From: a bacterium
Lineage (GTDB): Bacteria; Omnitrophota; Gorgyraeia; Zapsychrales; Zapsychraceae
Direction: 5' to 3'
Length of the DNA: 64,000 bases
Assembly (NCBI GenBank): GCA_030429765.1
Contig: JAUIER010000016.1
Coordinates: forward strand, 38,017-102,016
Shown: piece by piece, positions 47,243 to 57,510 of the stretch
Layout: each line of letters begins with the position of its first letter
Position numbering within the stretch: the stretch's first letter is position 1
Notes under the pieces: generated by a model
What the model saw: only the letters and a program-made list of their open reading frames with translations
Database searches by the model: none
What the model was told of the DNA's origin: nothing
Position numbers and translations under genes: made by a program

Positions 47243-49069
47243 ATGAGAAACGAAAAGGATATAGAGATGAACGAAAAAGAACAAATGAATGTTGTGATCG
47301 TCGGTCATGTGGATCACGGAAAGAGCACGCTGATCGGACGTCTGCTCGCGGATACAGGTTCCCTGCCGGAAGGCAAACTGGATCAGGTCAAGGATATGTG
47401 CAAGCGCAATGCCAAACCATTTGAGTATGCGTTTTTGCTGGATGCCCTGAAGGACGAACAGGCGCAGGGGATCACCATTGATACGGCGCGAAGTTTTTTC
47501 AAATCCGAGAAACGGGATTACATCATTATCGATGCCCCGGGGCATATCGAGTTTCTAAAGAACATGGTCACCGGCGCGGCCCGGGCCGAGGCGGCGATGC
47601 TTGTCATCGATGCCAACGAAGGGATTCAGGAAAATTCTAAACGTCACGGTTACATTATGTCGTTTCTGGGTATCAAGAACGTGACGGTTTGTGTCAACAA
47701 GATGGACCTGGTGGACTATGATGAAAAGACCTTTAACGATATTCATCTTGAGTACACCAAATTCCTCAAGGAAATCAATCTGGTCCCGCAGCACTTTATT
47801 CCGATCAGTGCCCGTGAAGGAGACAATATCGTGCATCTATCGGAGAAGATGCCATGGTACAAGGGGTTATCCATTCTCGAGGCCTTTGATGACTTTAAGA
47901 AAAAAGCACCGAAGAGTGAATTGGATCTGCGCTTTCCGATCCAGGATATTTACAAGTTTACTGAACAGGGAGACGACCGACGAATCTTTGCCGGACGGAT
48001 CGAATCAGGTTCGGTTAAAGTCGGCGATGAAGTGGTGTTCTTGCCGTCGAATAAGCGGTCGCGGGTGAAAAGCATTGAAGGATTTAATCTACCGGAGCAG
48101 ACCGAGGCCTTTGTCGGTCAAAGCACCGGGATCACCCTTGAAACACAGATATATGTGAAGCCAGGAGATATTGTCAGTATCGCCAGTCAACGTCAACCGC
48201 ATGTGAGTTCCAAGCTCAAGGTCAATTTGTTCTGGATGGGCAAACAGCCGTTCATCAAGGGACGTAACTACAAGATTAAATTGGCCTCCCAAAAAGTTCC
48301 GGTAGTTTTGTCGCAGATCAATAGTGTGTTGGATGCGTCGGAGCTTTCATCCATGTCAAACAAGCCGCAGGTTGATCGGCATGACGTGGCCGAGTGTGTG
48401 CTGGAGACACTGAAGCCTTTGGCCTTCGATGAAATCTCCGCGATCTCCGAGACGGGTCGATTTGTGATCGTCGATAACTACGAGATTGCCGGTGGCGGTA
48501 TCATCCTTGCACCTGTCTTTGAAGAGGCCAGTGCCTTAAAAGAACATATTCATGCGCGGGAGCATAACTGGTTGCGTAGTGAGATAAGCAGCTCTCAGCG
48601 TGCGGAAAAGCAAGGTCATAAATCCGCCTTCGTGGTTCTGACCGGCTCAGTGGATTCGGGTAAAATTGATCTGGCCCGTGCGCTTGAGTCCCAATTGTTT
48701 AGTTCGGGGCAGCAGGTGTACTATATGGGATTGTCCAGTGATCTGATGGCGACACAGATCGGTACGGGTGACAGGACACTTAATCGTGTGCGGCATATTT
48801 ATCAGCTGGGAGAGATGGCGCATATGATGACCAATTCCGGGATGATTTTGTTGGCGACGGTATCAGATCTCGATGCCTACGAACTGGATATTCTCAAACA
48901 GCTTAATCGTCCCAACATGACCATTGTTGTAAATGTCGGTGAAAAAATGTTCTCGGATGAACGTATCGATCTTCAGGTTCAGGACCCGAAATCAGGCCCA
49001 GAGAGCGTTCAGGAGATAGTCAAATATCTTACAGACAGCCTGACGCCGGACCCGGAATTCTCGATTTGA
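47243..49069 (+). CDS. cysN: Sulfate adenylyltransferase subunit 1 fused to an APS-kinase-like domain with a degenerate P-loop
   Basis: The GTPase motifs are [16 protein letters not shown] and NKMD. The C-terminal CysC-like domain has [10 protein letters not shown] where GLSGSGKST is expected. Confidence 0.8.
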   Translation: MRNEKDIEMNEKEQMNVVIVGHVDHGKSTLIGRLLADTGSLPEGKLDQVKDMCKRNAKPFEYAFLLDALKDEQAQGITIDTARSFFKSEKRDYIIIDAPGHIEFLKNMVTGAARAEAAMLVIDANEGIQENSKRHGYIMSFLGIKNVTVCVNKMDLVDYDEKTFNDIHLEYTKFLKEINLVPQHFIPISAREGDNIVHLSEKMPWYKGLSILEAFDDFKKKAPKSELDLRFPIQDIYKFTEQGDDRRIFAGRIESGSVKVGDEVVFLPSNKRSRVKSIEGFNLPEQTEAFVGQSTGITLETQIYVKPGDIVSIASQRQPHVSSKLKVNLFWMGKQPFIKGRNYKIKLASQKVPVVLSQINSVLDASELSSMSNKPQVDRHDVAECVLETLKPLAFDEISAISETGRFVIVDNYEIAGGGIILAPVFEEASALKEHIHAREHNWLRSEISSSQRAEKQGHKSAFVVLTGSVDSGKIDLARALESQLFSSGQQVYYMGLSSDLMATQIGTGDRTLNRVRHIYQLGEMAHMMTNSGMILLATVSDLDAYELDILKQLNRPNMTIVVNVGEKMFSDERIDLQVQDPKSGPESVQEIVKYLTDSLTPDPEFSI

Positions 49070-49134
49070 TCATCTGATTTCTTCGAATGTCGCTTGCCTA
49101 ATAAGTTGCAATAAAACGTATTTTCAAATACCAT

Positions 49135-49163
49135 TTGACATGAAATAGGACGGATGTTAATAT
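49135..49163 (+). promoter_or_regulatory. Near-consensus sigma70 promoter upstream of the Com-like mini-gene and the TonB-receptor operon
   Basis: TTGACA, a 17-nt spacer and TAATAT. A perfect 6-1-6 palindrome ATAACTAAGTTAT at 49175-49187 lies just downstream. Confidence 0.5.
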
Positions 49164-49211
49164 CCGGGTAGTCAATAACTAAGTTATATTGCGACGTATT
49201 TAGGTTGATCC

Positions 49212-49385
49212 ATGTCCAAGCAAGAAGAACGCTGCGATTGCGGCAAATTGCTGTTCAAGCTCACCCCGCGAGGGTTAGAATTTAAGTGTAACCGCTGCAA
49301 AGAGATCCATTTGGTTCCCTTGTATCGGATAGACACTGAATTTCGCAATATCTGTCCGGTTATTGACCAGACGCACAAAAAATAA
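49212..49385 (+). CDS. Com-family (phage Mu Com-like) zinc-finger small protein, 57 aa
   Basis: MSKQEERCDCGKLLFKLTPRGLEFKCNRCKEIHLV matches the Mu Com signature C-x-C-x-KLLFK...C-x-RCK. It is not in the supplied ORF track because it is shorter than 60 aa. Confidence 0.55.
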   Translation: MSKQEERCDCGKLLFKLTPRGLEFKCNRCKEIHLVPLYRIDTEFRNICPVIDQTHKK

Positions 49386-49449
49386 CCGCAGAGACTCGAG
49401 ATCACGAATCCTAAGTCCAAAACAAAGATGTCGAAAGAAAGGAAAGACT

Positions 49450-51747
49450 ATGTCATTTGGACCCAGGGAATTCGTCCCGCCACTCAAATCAACCAGCCAA
49501 ACACTTGTTAAATGCTTGTTTTGTGTCGCCGTTTTATTAGGTGTCACCTGTACCGCCCAATATGCCCAGGCCGAAATCTGGGATGTGGTCACCGTACTCG
49601 GTCAGCGCGAGAGCGAAGGGAATCTTCCCGGATCAGGCGGAAGTGTCAGCGCCGAGGAGATCCGTCAGCATAACTATGATGACGTCAACCGGGCGTTGCG
49701 AAAAATCCCCGGCGTTTATTTACGTGAAGAGGATGGTTTCGGACTTTTCCCTAATATATCGTTGAGAGGTGTGGATACCAATCGCAGCTCCAAGGTGACC
49801 ATTATGGAGGATGGAATTCCGTCCGCCCCAGCTCCATACTCGGCCCCGGAGGCGTACTACTCACCCACCACCGGACGGATGAGCAAAATTGAAATACTCA
49901 AAGGGTCCAGTCAGGTCAAATACGGACCGCATACCACCGGCGGCGTTGTTAATTATGTTTCCACGCCGATTCCTGATCAGCGTGAGTTTTATCTCAAAAC
50001 CATCGGGGGGAATCACGGCGAGTTACGGACGCATGGGTATTACGGTGACGTGATCGATACGGAGTTTGGTCGGTTTGGAATTCTGCTAGAAGAATACTTT
50101 CGCTCGAACAACGGATTTAAAGATTTGGATTCAACCGCTGAAAATGACGGAGATAGCACGGGATTTCAGAAATCCGAACCTATGCTCAAATTGTCGTGGG
50201 AATCTCCCGAGGAGGCCGAGACGTATCAGCGTCTCGAGGCCAAGTTTGGCTATAGCGATATCGACGCCGATGAGAGCTACTTGGGATTGACCGAGGCCGA
50301 TTTTGATGCCAATCCGTTCCGTCGATACGCGGCAACACGCTTTGACAACCTTCAAACGGAAAACGTCCGTACATCTTTGAACTACTTCCGTGAGATCGGA
50401 GAACAAATCAGCTTGAGCCTGACGGGGTATTACACCGAGTTTCACCGTGATTGGGCCAAGCTGCACAATATCGGGGGAGGATCCGAGTCTAATTTGTCCG
50501 AAGCCATTGCGGCCGGTGGGACATCACTTTCAATCCTAAAAGGTGAAGCGGCCGGCACCCTAAATGTCCGTCATAACAAGCGGGACTACGAGACCTATGG
50601 ATTTAAAACGGCGACCAACATTGATTTTCAGCTAGGTGAGACAGATCACGAACTGGAAATCGGATGGGGGATTCACTACGACTATATCCGACGAAAACAA
50701 AATACGGATATTTATACGCAGGACGCCAATGGAAATATCACGGGTGTCACGTCAACCGCACCCGGGACAGCGGGTAATCGCCGTCAGGACAGCGACAGTT
50801 TTTTTGCCTATGTCAAAGACAGCTTTGACGTCGGACCGTTTACGTTTACGCCGGGGTTCCGCTACGAAAAGGTTAATTACGAATTCATTGATTTTGATAC
50901 GTCCGGGGCGAATCCGGATATGATCACTCAACGGGCATCGTCGGATATTTCGGCCCATGCCGGCGGTTTGGGGGTAAACTATGAATTTGACGAACAAACA
51001 TCATTCTTCGGCGGAATTCACCAGGGCTATTCGGTTCCGGGACCGCGTGACAACGCGCGCAGCGGACTGACAGAGGAGACCAGTCTTACCAAAGAAGTCG
51101 GTGTACGCTACCGTTCGGGCAATCAGGCGTTTCAGACCGAGCTGTCGTATTTTCACACGAGCTTTGATGATCTGCTCGTCGTCGATAACATCGGCGGGGC
51201 GGGTACGGGCGACAGTGAGAATGTCGGAGAGGCCATCAGTCAGGGGATTGAGTTTAAGGCGCAATACGATGTCGGGATCGCCAAGCAAAAGGATTATAAG
51301 AATCCGTTCTATGTGGCCTTTACTTTCACCAACGCGGAATTGGACGGCGATTCAAATTCAACGGATGCCGAATCGATCTTTGCCGGCGGCAAGGATGGCA
51401 ACAAGATACCATATGTTCCCGAGTTTCAATTCAGTGTGGGGACCGGCATCGAAACGGATCGATGGGGCGTTTTTGTCGACGGAATATATGTGGATGAAAC
51501 ATTTTCAACCGCCAGTAATACTTCATCACAAATCCGGCCGGATGGAACGCCGGACGCGCGGTTTGGAAAGACCGATGATTATTTCATTATTGATCTGTCG
51601 GGATACTATAAGATTAACGAAAATACCAAGCTATTGGCCAGCATTCATAATCTGACGGACCGGGAATATGTTGTATCACGGCATCCGCATGGGCCACGGC
51701 CGGGAAAGCCGTTTACGGTGACAGGCGGTATTGAAGTTAAGTTCTAA
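49450..51747 (+). CDS. TonB-dependent outer-membrane receptor
   Basis: The signal peptide is LFCVAVLLGVTCTAQYAQA. The TonB box/plug is DVVTVLG. The barrel ends in a terminal Phe (GGIEVKF). The longer ORF from 49363 lacks an RBS. Confidence 0.85.
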   Translation: MSFGPREFVPPLKSTSQTLVKCLFCVAVLLGVTCTAQYAQAEIWDVVTVLGQRESEGNLPGSGGSVSAEEIRQHNYDDVNRALRKIPGVYLREEDGFGLFPNISLRGVDTNRSSKVTIMEDGIPSAPAPYSAPEAYYSPTTGRMSKIEILKGSSQVKYGPHTTGGVVNYVSTPIPDQREFYLKTIGGNHGELRTHGYYGDVIDTEFGRFGILLEEYFRSNNGFKDLDSTAENDGDSTGFQKSEPMLKLSWESPEEAETYQRLEAKFGYSDIDADESYLGLTEADFDANPFRRYAATRFDNLQTENVRTSLNYFREIGEQISLSLTGYYTEFHRDWAKLHNIGGGSESNLSEAIAAGGTSLSILKGEAAGTLNVRHNKRDYETYGFKTATNIDFQLGETDHELEIGWGIHYDYIRRKQNTDIYTQDANGNITGVTSTAPGTAGNRRQDSDSFFAYVKDSFDVGPFTFTPGFRYEKVNYEFIDFDTSGANPDMITQRASSDISAHAGGLGVNYEFDEQTSFFGGIHQGYSVPGPRDNARSGLTEETSLTKEVGVRYRSGNQAFQTELSYFHTSFDDLLVVDNIGGAGTGDSENVGEAISQGIEFKAQYDVGIAKQKDYKNPFYVAFTFTNAELDGDSNSTDAESIFAGGKDGNKIPYVPEFQFSVGTGIETDRWGVFVDGIYVDETFSTASNTSSQIRPDGTPDARFGKTDDYFIIDLSGYYKINENTKLLASIHNLTDREYVVSRHPHGPRPGKPFTVTGGIEVKF

Positions 51748-51760
51748 GGGGAAATTGTAG

Positions 51761-52441
51761 ATGTTGTGGGATCATAGTGTAATTGAATTATTCCAAAAGG
51801 CCGGGCTGACAAGGTGGCCGTTGTTTATCTGCTCGATTGTCGGTCTGGCCATCATTCTGGAACGGGGGTTTTACTTTTTCCGATTGCGTTTTAATTATGC
51901 CAAGTTCAGTCGGGATTTGTTTATTCTGCTGCGGGCGGATCAGCTGATGAAGGGTATCCACTTTTGTCAGGAAAATTCCTCCAATCCTGTGCCGTATATT
52001 GCGGGGACATATCTGCGCAATGTCAAAAACAAGAAACGTGACAGCATTTTGACACGGGAAGGTTCCAATATCATGGAGAAAGTCGAAGCGCGTCTGCGTG
52101 GGCTGGCGACGATTACGCATGTGGCCCCGTTACTGGGTTTGTTGGGGACGGTCGCCGGTCTGGTCGGGGCCTTTCACGAGATCGAATTAACCGCCGGACA
52201 GGTCCAGGCGCAGAATTTGGCCGGGGGGATTTGGGAAGCGCTATTGAGCACGGTCTTCGGATTGATCGTCGCCATTCCTTGTATGGTGGCGTATCATGGC
52301 TTCGAAAGTCAGGCGGACCGGATTGCCCGGCGGCTACAATCAGTGGTGACAGAGCTGGATGAATTCTACGGGAACAAATCTCATCATGAATTCCGTGATG
52401 AGTCCGTCGATGATAACGATCTCAAAAACACAACGGAATAG
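51761..52441 (+). CDS. exbB: MotA/TolQ/ExbB proton-channel protein
   Basis: A 3-TM protein with the TolQ/ExbB conserved C-terminal region, immediately ahead of exbD-tonB. Confidence 0.8.
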   Translation: MLWDHSVIELFQKAGLTRWPLFICSIVGLAIILERGFYFFRLRFNYAKFSRDLFILLRADQLMKGIHFCQENSSNPVPYIAGTYLRNVKNKKRDSILTREGSNIMEKVEARLRGLATITHVAPLLGLLGTVAGLVGAFHEIELTAGQVQAQNLAGGIWEALLSTVFGLIVAIPCMVAYHGFESQADRIARRLQSVVTELDEFYGNKSHHEFRDESVDDNDLKNTTE

Positions 52442-52443
52442 GT

Positions 52444-52842
52444 ATGCAATTAGTCCGGGCTAAAAAGCAAAAGTTGAGTATGGATCTGGCGCCATTGATT
52501 GATGTCGTATTTCAGCTGTTGGTATTTTTTATGCTGACGTCGACATTCGCGAATCCGGCGATCAAGATGGTGCTGCCCAAGGCCGTCTCGGCCGACCAAA
52601 ATGACCGGCAGCTGATTGTGGTCAGCGTCGATGAGGATCTCAAGGTTTATATTGATGATCAGCCGGTGGAACTGGATGCGTTTCAGTCCCGTTTGTCACA
52701 GGTCTTGAAAGACAAAGAGAAGAAGTCGATCCATATTCGCGGGCATAAGGACATGCCGTACGAACGCTTTGTCCGGCTGATGGATCTGTCGCGCCAGGCA
52801 GGCGCTACGCAGGTGAATATTTTGCATCAAAAGGGAGAATAG
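52444..52842 (+). CDS. exbD: ExbD/TolR biopolymer transport protein
   Basis: A single N-terminal TM, LAPLIDVVFQLLVFFM, and an ExbD fold. Confidence 0.8.
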   Translation: MQLVRAKKQKLSMDLAPLIDVVFQLLVFFMLTSTFANPAIKMVLPKAVSADQNDRQLIVVSVDEDLKVYIDDQPVELDAFQSRLSQVLKDKEKKSIHIRGHKDMPYERFVRLMDLSRQAGATQVNILHQKGE

Positions 52843-52845
52843 CTC

Positions 52846-53646
52846 GTGGCTGCCCGACAATCTTATGCGTCAACCAGATTGACCCCATACTTACTCGCGT
52901 CTTTGAGTATTCACTTGGCCGGGTTTGGGATCAGCGCGCTGAGGCCCACCTCACCGCAGTACAATGTGACACCGGCGCCCCCGCCGAGCATCGCGGTATC
53001 GCTGGTCGAAGAAGTGCCCGCGCCTGTCATTGAGCCGGTGGTGGAACCGATAGTCGAACCCGAGCCGGTGACGAAGGCAATTGAGGCCGTCGATGTCACC
53101 GAGGATGTGGTGGAGCCGATGGAATTATCACCCATGGCGATTGATCATCCACAGATTGATGCCCCTCAGGTCAAGGTCTTCAAGAAATTTATTCCCAAAC
53201 TCAAACCTAAACCCGAGGTCGTAAAGAAGAAGCGTCCGACACCGACCATCAAAAAGCCGCTTAAGACTCCCGTACCGGAGAAAAAGATTCAACCCAAAAA
53301 AAATATAACCCGGGTTCAGTCATCGGCACAGATGGCGGCAGCGGATTCCGAGAGCGGGGCCAAATCTGAACCCAAGCCGATTAAGCGGGTGAATCCGCGG
53401 CCCAAGTATCCAAAGCGGGCGATTCGACGGGGATGGGAAGGTACAGTGACCCTGCGGGTCCGTGTCAGCCGAGCCGGTGATCCGCTGGACATTCAGATTG
53501 AGGAGAGTTCCGGTCGGAAGATCCTCGACGACGCGGCGGTGTCGACCGTCAAACAATGGAAGTTTGAGCCGGCGAGGGCCGGACGCATGACATTTGAGAG
53601 TTGGGCGACGATTCCTGTTGAATTCAGGCTGACGGACGCCCGATAA
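52846..53646 (+). CDS. tonB: Energy transducer TonB
   Basis: An N-terminal TM and a Pro-rich spacer with (EPV)n and K/P repeats. The C-terminal TonB domain is RGWEGTVTLRVRVSRAGD...KFEPA. Confidence 0.85.
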   Translation: MAARQSYASTRLTPYLLASLSIHLAGFGISALRPTSPQYNVTPAPPPSIAVSLVEEVPAPVIEPVVEPIVEPEPVTKAIEAVDVTEDVVEPMELSPMAIDHPQIDAPQVKVFKKFIPKLKPKPEVVKKKRPTPTIKKPLKTPVPEKKIQPKKNITRVQSSAQMAAADSESGAKSEPKPIKRVNPRPKYPKRAIRRGWEGTVTLRVRVSRAGDPLDIQIEESSGRKILDDAAVSTVKQWKFEPARAGRMTFESWATIPVEFRLTDAR

Positions 53647-53669
53647 ACGATTAGTCAAAGGAGACCCAA

Positions 53670-54701
53670 GTGAAACATCTTATTATCACATGCTTGATTT
53701 TAGCGACATATACGTCGACAGCGGTAGCTGATTTGACCGTTTTTTCCGGTCGCAAGGAGCCATTAATAAAACCGGTGATCGAGGCCTTTACCGCAGAGAC
53801 GGGAATCGAGGTTCGGCTCAAAACAGGTAAGTCGACCGCTCTCGGGCAGCAGATTTTGCAGGAACAGCCGCGGCCAACGGCAGACATCTATATAGCCAAA
53901 GAGTCAGGGTCACTGGAATATCTGCGCGGAAAGGGCGCATTTGAAACATATGAATCCCGTGAGACCAAACGTATTCCCGAACGATTCAAAGCGCGAGATG
54001 GATCATGGATCGGCGTTTCGGGTCGATCGCGGGCGCTGATTTACAACAAGGATCTCATCGACGCGTCCGATCTGCCGCAATCAATTGAGGAGCTGTCGGA
54101 CCGGAAATATCGGGGTCAGATTGCAGCGGTCAATGCAGGCAATGAGTCGTTTATCGCATGGATCAGCGGATTGCGACTGCACATGGGCGACGAAGCTGTG
54201 GCTGCGTGGTTGAAGGCCATGAAGAAAAACAAAATCCAGCTGTTGTCATCCAGTCATACCGATATCCGAAAGGCGGTGGGACGGGCCGAATATCCGATGG
54301 GACTGATCAATCACTACTATTATCACCTGCAGAAGCGTGAGGCCGATGAGGAACTGACGAATGTGGGTGTGGTGTATCTTGATCAAAAGGATGACCAGCG
54401 CGGTGAGTTGGTGAATGTATCCGGTGCGGCGATTGTAAAGGGCACGGCCAATATGACGCAGGCACGGCAGTTCATAGATTTCCTGGCATCGCCCAAGGCG
54501 CAGGACTTGTTTGCCAATGCGAATTTTGAGTTTCCGCTGATCGCGGATGTCGAGGTCAATCCGGAAGTGGTGGCGGCGATGGGCTGTGAACCCGGTACGC
54601 CAGCGCTGGACTGTCTGCATGTGATGGATGTTCATCTGGATGAGTTTGGATCCCAGATGAAGACAACCCTGGAAATTCTCGACGAGGTGGACTGGTACTA
54701 A
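53670..54701 (+). CDS. Periplasmic Fe(3+)-binding protein of an ABC transporter (FbpA/AfuA-like)
   Basis: A signal peptide and a type-2 solute-binding protein pattern. It is followed by a two-domain permease and an ATPase. Confidence 0.7.
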   Translation: MKHLIITCLILATYTSTAVADLTVFSGRKEPLIKPVIEAFTAETGIEVRLKTGKSTALGQQILQEQPRPTADIYIAKESGSLEYLRGKGAFETYESRETKRIPERFKARDGSWIGVSGRSRALIYNKDLIDASDLPQSIEELSDRKYRGQIAAVNAGNESFIAWISGLRLHMGDEAVAAWLKAMKKNKIQLLSSSHTDIRKAVGRAEYPMGLINHYYYHLQKREADEELTNVGVVYLDQKDDQRGELVNVSGAAIVKGTANMTQARQFIDFLASPKAQDLFANANFEFPLIADVEVNPEVVAAMGCEPGTPALDCLHVMDVHLDEFGSQMKTTLEILDEVDWY

Positions 54702-54702
54702 T

Positions 54703-56295
54703 ATGCGGATGAGTTTGAGACGATTGCCGGCGGTATTAACAGCCCTACTGATGGTTGTACCTGTTGTCGCGACGCTGATTTATGCGGCGTCGGTTGATGC
54801 GTCTATCTGGATACGGCTGTGGGAAAACCGGATCCCGCGGCTGTTCTTTACCTCAATGCTGCTCGTCGCGGCCGTGACCGTTGGTTCGATTGTGCTGGGA
54901 ACGCTTTTGGCCTTTCTCGTCGAGCGGACAAATCTGCCGGGACGAAAGATATTTCGTCCGCTGCTGATCGCGCCCTTGGTGACACCGTGCTTTATCATCG
55001 CCATCACATACGTTAATTTTTTTGGCATCCGGGGTGTCGGTCAAAAGATGTTCGGAGCTATGGGGATCAATTGTAATTTACCGAATATCTACGGATTTTG
55101 GGGTGCGGTCGGGATCTTTGTTCTTGGGACGTTTCCCTACGTCTACACAATTGTACTGGCTTCTTTGAGCCGGCTGGATCCAAGCCTGTCCGAGGCGGCG
55201 CGCTGTTTGGGGGCGTCTCGACGGGAACGAATGTGGCGGGTGTCACTGCCGCTATTACTGCCGGCGATCAGCGCGGGATCGATTCTTGTGGCGTTGTATG
55301 TATTTTCAGATTTTGGCGTGGTGAGTATCCTTCGATACTCGACATTCGTGAATATGATCTATGAACAGATCAGCGGGCGGTATGATTTTGCCGTGGCCTC
55401 ATCGCTGAGTACCGTCCTCATGGGGATCACTTTTATATTGGTGTTCTTTCAGGACTTGCTGACCAAGAAACGGCAGTTCAGCAATACCAAAAATAAACGA
55501 TACAATCTACCACGCTTGGATCTCAAGTGGGCCCGTCTACCGGCGTTTGTATTTGTGTTCGCGGTTTTGGGGTTCGCCTTGATCCTTCCCGTTGGCGTAC
55601 TGCTGTACTGGTTTGTTCAGTCGTTGGGAGTGGATAGTGTCTGGGGTTCCAACGCGCGGGAATTGTTCCGTTCAGGATTCAATAGTCTTTTGATTTCATC
55701 GCTGGCCGCCACCGCCGCCGTGTTACTGGCCTTACCGCTGGCCTACTGGAATGTCAGGGATCGTAACAGCCGTTGGGGAAAGATCTGCGCGGGAGCATCC
55801 CAACTCGGAGTCGCGTTGCCCGGTGTCCTGATTGCCCTGGCGTTATCGCTGGTTTTGGGTCAATTTTTTCCGCGGCTCAATTTCAGTGTGACGGCCCTGT
55901 TTCTGGCCTTTGTGATTCACTTTTTTGCCAAGGCTTATCAGATGACACGCGCCGGATTGATTCAGCTGTCGCCGCGCGTTGAAGAAGGTGCCCGGATGCT
56001 GGGATGCAGTCCGGTGCAGACGTTTTGGCTGATCACCCGTCCATTGTTGACCCCGGCCTTAATGGTCGCCTGGATATTTGTCTTTTTAAGTTCGATGCGT
56101 GAGCTGGCGGCATCATTGTTATTGCGTCCCGCCGGATTTGATCCGCTCACGGTTAAGGTCTGGATCGCGGCCAGTGAGGGATTTTATGAACAAGCGGCTG
56201 CCCCGGCCCTGCTAATTGTGATATTATCATTACCGATGGTGATGATCATGGCACGGCATCAGGGTCAGTATCAATCGTCACTGGAGTCTACATAG
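54703..56295 (+). CDS. Iron(III) ABC transporter permease (fused two-domain, FbpB-like)
   Basis: Two ~6-TM halves each carry an EAA-like loop (SEAARCLGASR and EGARMLGCSP). Confidence 0.75.
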   Translation: MRMSLRRLPAVLTALLMVVPVVATLIYAASVDASIWIRLWENRIPRLFFTSMLLVAAVTVGSIVLGTLLAFLVERTNLPGRKIFRPLLIAPLVTPCFIIAITYVNFFGIRGVGQKMFGAMGINCNLPNIYGFWGAVGIFVLGTFPYVYTIVLASLSRLDPSLSEAARCLGASRRERMWRVSLPLLLPAISAGSILVALYVFSDFGVVSILRYSTFVNMIYEQISGRYDFAVASSLSTVLMGITFILVFFQDLLTKKRQFSNTKNKRYNLPRLDLKWARLPAFVFVFAVLGFALILPVGVLLYWFVQSLGVDSVWGSNARELFRSGFNSLLISSLAATAAVLLALPLAYWNVRDRNSRWGKICAGASQLGVALPGVLIALALSLVLGQFFPRLNFSVTALFLAFVIHFFAKAYQMTRAGLIQLSPRVEEGARMLGCSPVQTFWLITRPLLTPALMVAWIFVFLSSMRELAASLLLRPAGFDPLTVKVWIAASEGFYEQAAAPALLIVILSLPMVMIMARHQGQYQSSLEST

Positions 56296-56297
56296 CG

Positions 56298-57389
56298 ATG
56301 GTAACCACAATTCAATCAAAAAAGTCACAGACGGATGATCAATCACCGCGCGAGATTGTCCGTTTTGAGAAGATCCAGTACGCGTACCGGTCCGGTAAGA
56401 AACAATTTCAGCTCGGACCGATGACGCTGGGGCTGCAGTCGCATGAGTTGATGGCGATTTTGGGACCAAGTGGATCAGGGAAGACGACCTTTTTACGGTT
56501 GATTGCCGGATTGGCCATGCCGTCGACGGGGACAATTGAACTCGATGAACGTGTCGTGTTTGATCCCAGTACTCGGGTTAGAGCCGAGCACCGGAATGTC
56601 GGGATGATGTTTCAGGACCACGCGCTGTTCCCGCATATGACCGTTCGCAAGAATATAGTCTTCGGGATTCGACAGTGGCAAAAGGACGACCGCGAACGAA
56701 GGTTATATGAGCTTGAGGACATGTTGGGTCTGCGCGATTATCTCGACCGTTATCCGCATGAGTTGTCCGGTGGTCAGCAGCAACGTGTCGCTCTGGCGCG
56801 CACGCTCGCGCCGAAACCGAGTGTGGTGTTGCTCGATGAACCACTGAGCAGCATTGACGCTGATCTTCGGTCGAGTCTGGCCCAGGAGCTGCGTGATGTT
56901 CTCAAACAGGCCGGTACCACAGCCATTTGGGTTACACATGATCAAACCGAAGCGCTGGACCTGGCGGATCGCATCATCGTGTTGAATGAGGGCAAAGTGG
57001 AACAGGTGGATTCACCGTGGGAGCTGTACAATAATCCCAAGACACGTTTTGTGGCCTCGTTTATCGGGCATGCTGTCTTTTTGCCAGGCCGGCTTAAAGG
57101 TCAAACTATCCTGACCGAAGTCGGCACACTGAATTATCTGCCGTGTCTGCAGGACTTCGAGGACCTGGAGGTGATGATCCGGCCGGACGATGTCAAGGCT
57201 ACACCACATGACGCCGGAATCGGGACCATTTGCAAGCGTCAATTTTGGGGATCAATGCAGTTGTATACCATCAATCTGCCTTCCGGACAGCGGCTCTTGT
57301 CCACGCAACCGGCGCATATCAACTGGCCTTTAGGAACGCAAGTTCGTATCACACTTGATCTTAAGAGTATCGTTGCCTTTCCGACATAA
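56298..57389 (+). CDS. ABC transporter ATP-binding protein (FbpC-like) with a C-terminal TOBE domain
   Basis: The Walker A is GPSGSGKTT, the signature is LSGGQQQRVALAR and the Walker B is VLLDEP. Confidence 0.85.
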   Translation: MVTTIQSKKSQTDDQSPREIVRFEKIQYAYRSGKKQFQLGPMTLGLQSHELMAILGPSGSGKTTFLRLIAGLAMPSTGTIELDERVVFDPSTRVRAEHRNVGMMFQDHALFPHMTVRKNIVFGIRQWQKDDRERRLYELEDMLGLRDYLDRYPHELSGGQQQRVALARTLAPKPSVVLLDEPLSSIDADLRSSLAQELRDVLKQAGTTAIWVTHDQTEALDLADRIIVLNEGKVEQVDSPWELYNNPKTRFVASFIGHAVFLPGRLKGQTILTEVGTLNYLPCLQDFEDLEVMIRPDDVKATPHDAGIGTICKRQFWGSMQLYTINLPSGQRLLSTQPAHINWPLGTQVRITLDLKSIVAFPT

Positions 57390-57510
57390 TCTTTGTTTTT
57401 CCCGCCTGTCGATGTGGACAACTATTTGCCGTCCCTACGAAAATATGATAGTGTAATACCATTATTAGTACATATTTACTCTAAGTCTTACCCGAAATAC
57501 TACCGAATAC

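Noticed and set aside
49070-49449. A Fur box upstream of the TonB-dependent receptor
   Set aside because: There is no 19-bp match. The nearest AT-rich palindrome, ATAACTAAGTTAT, fits the consensus poorly.
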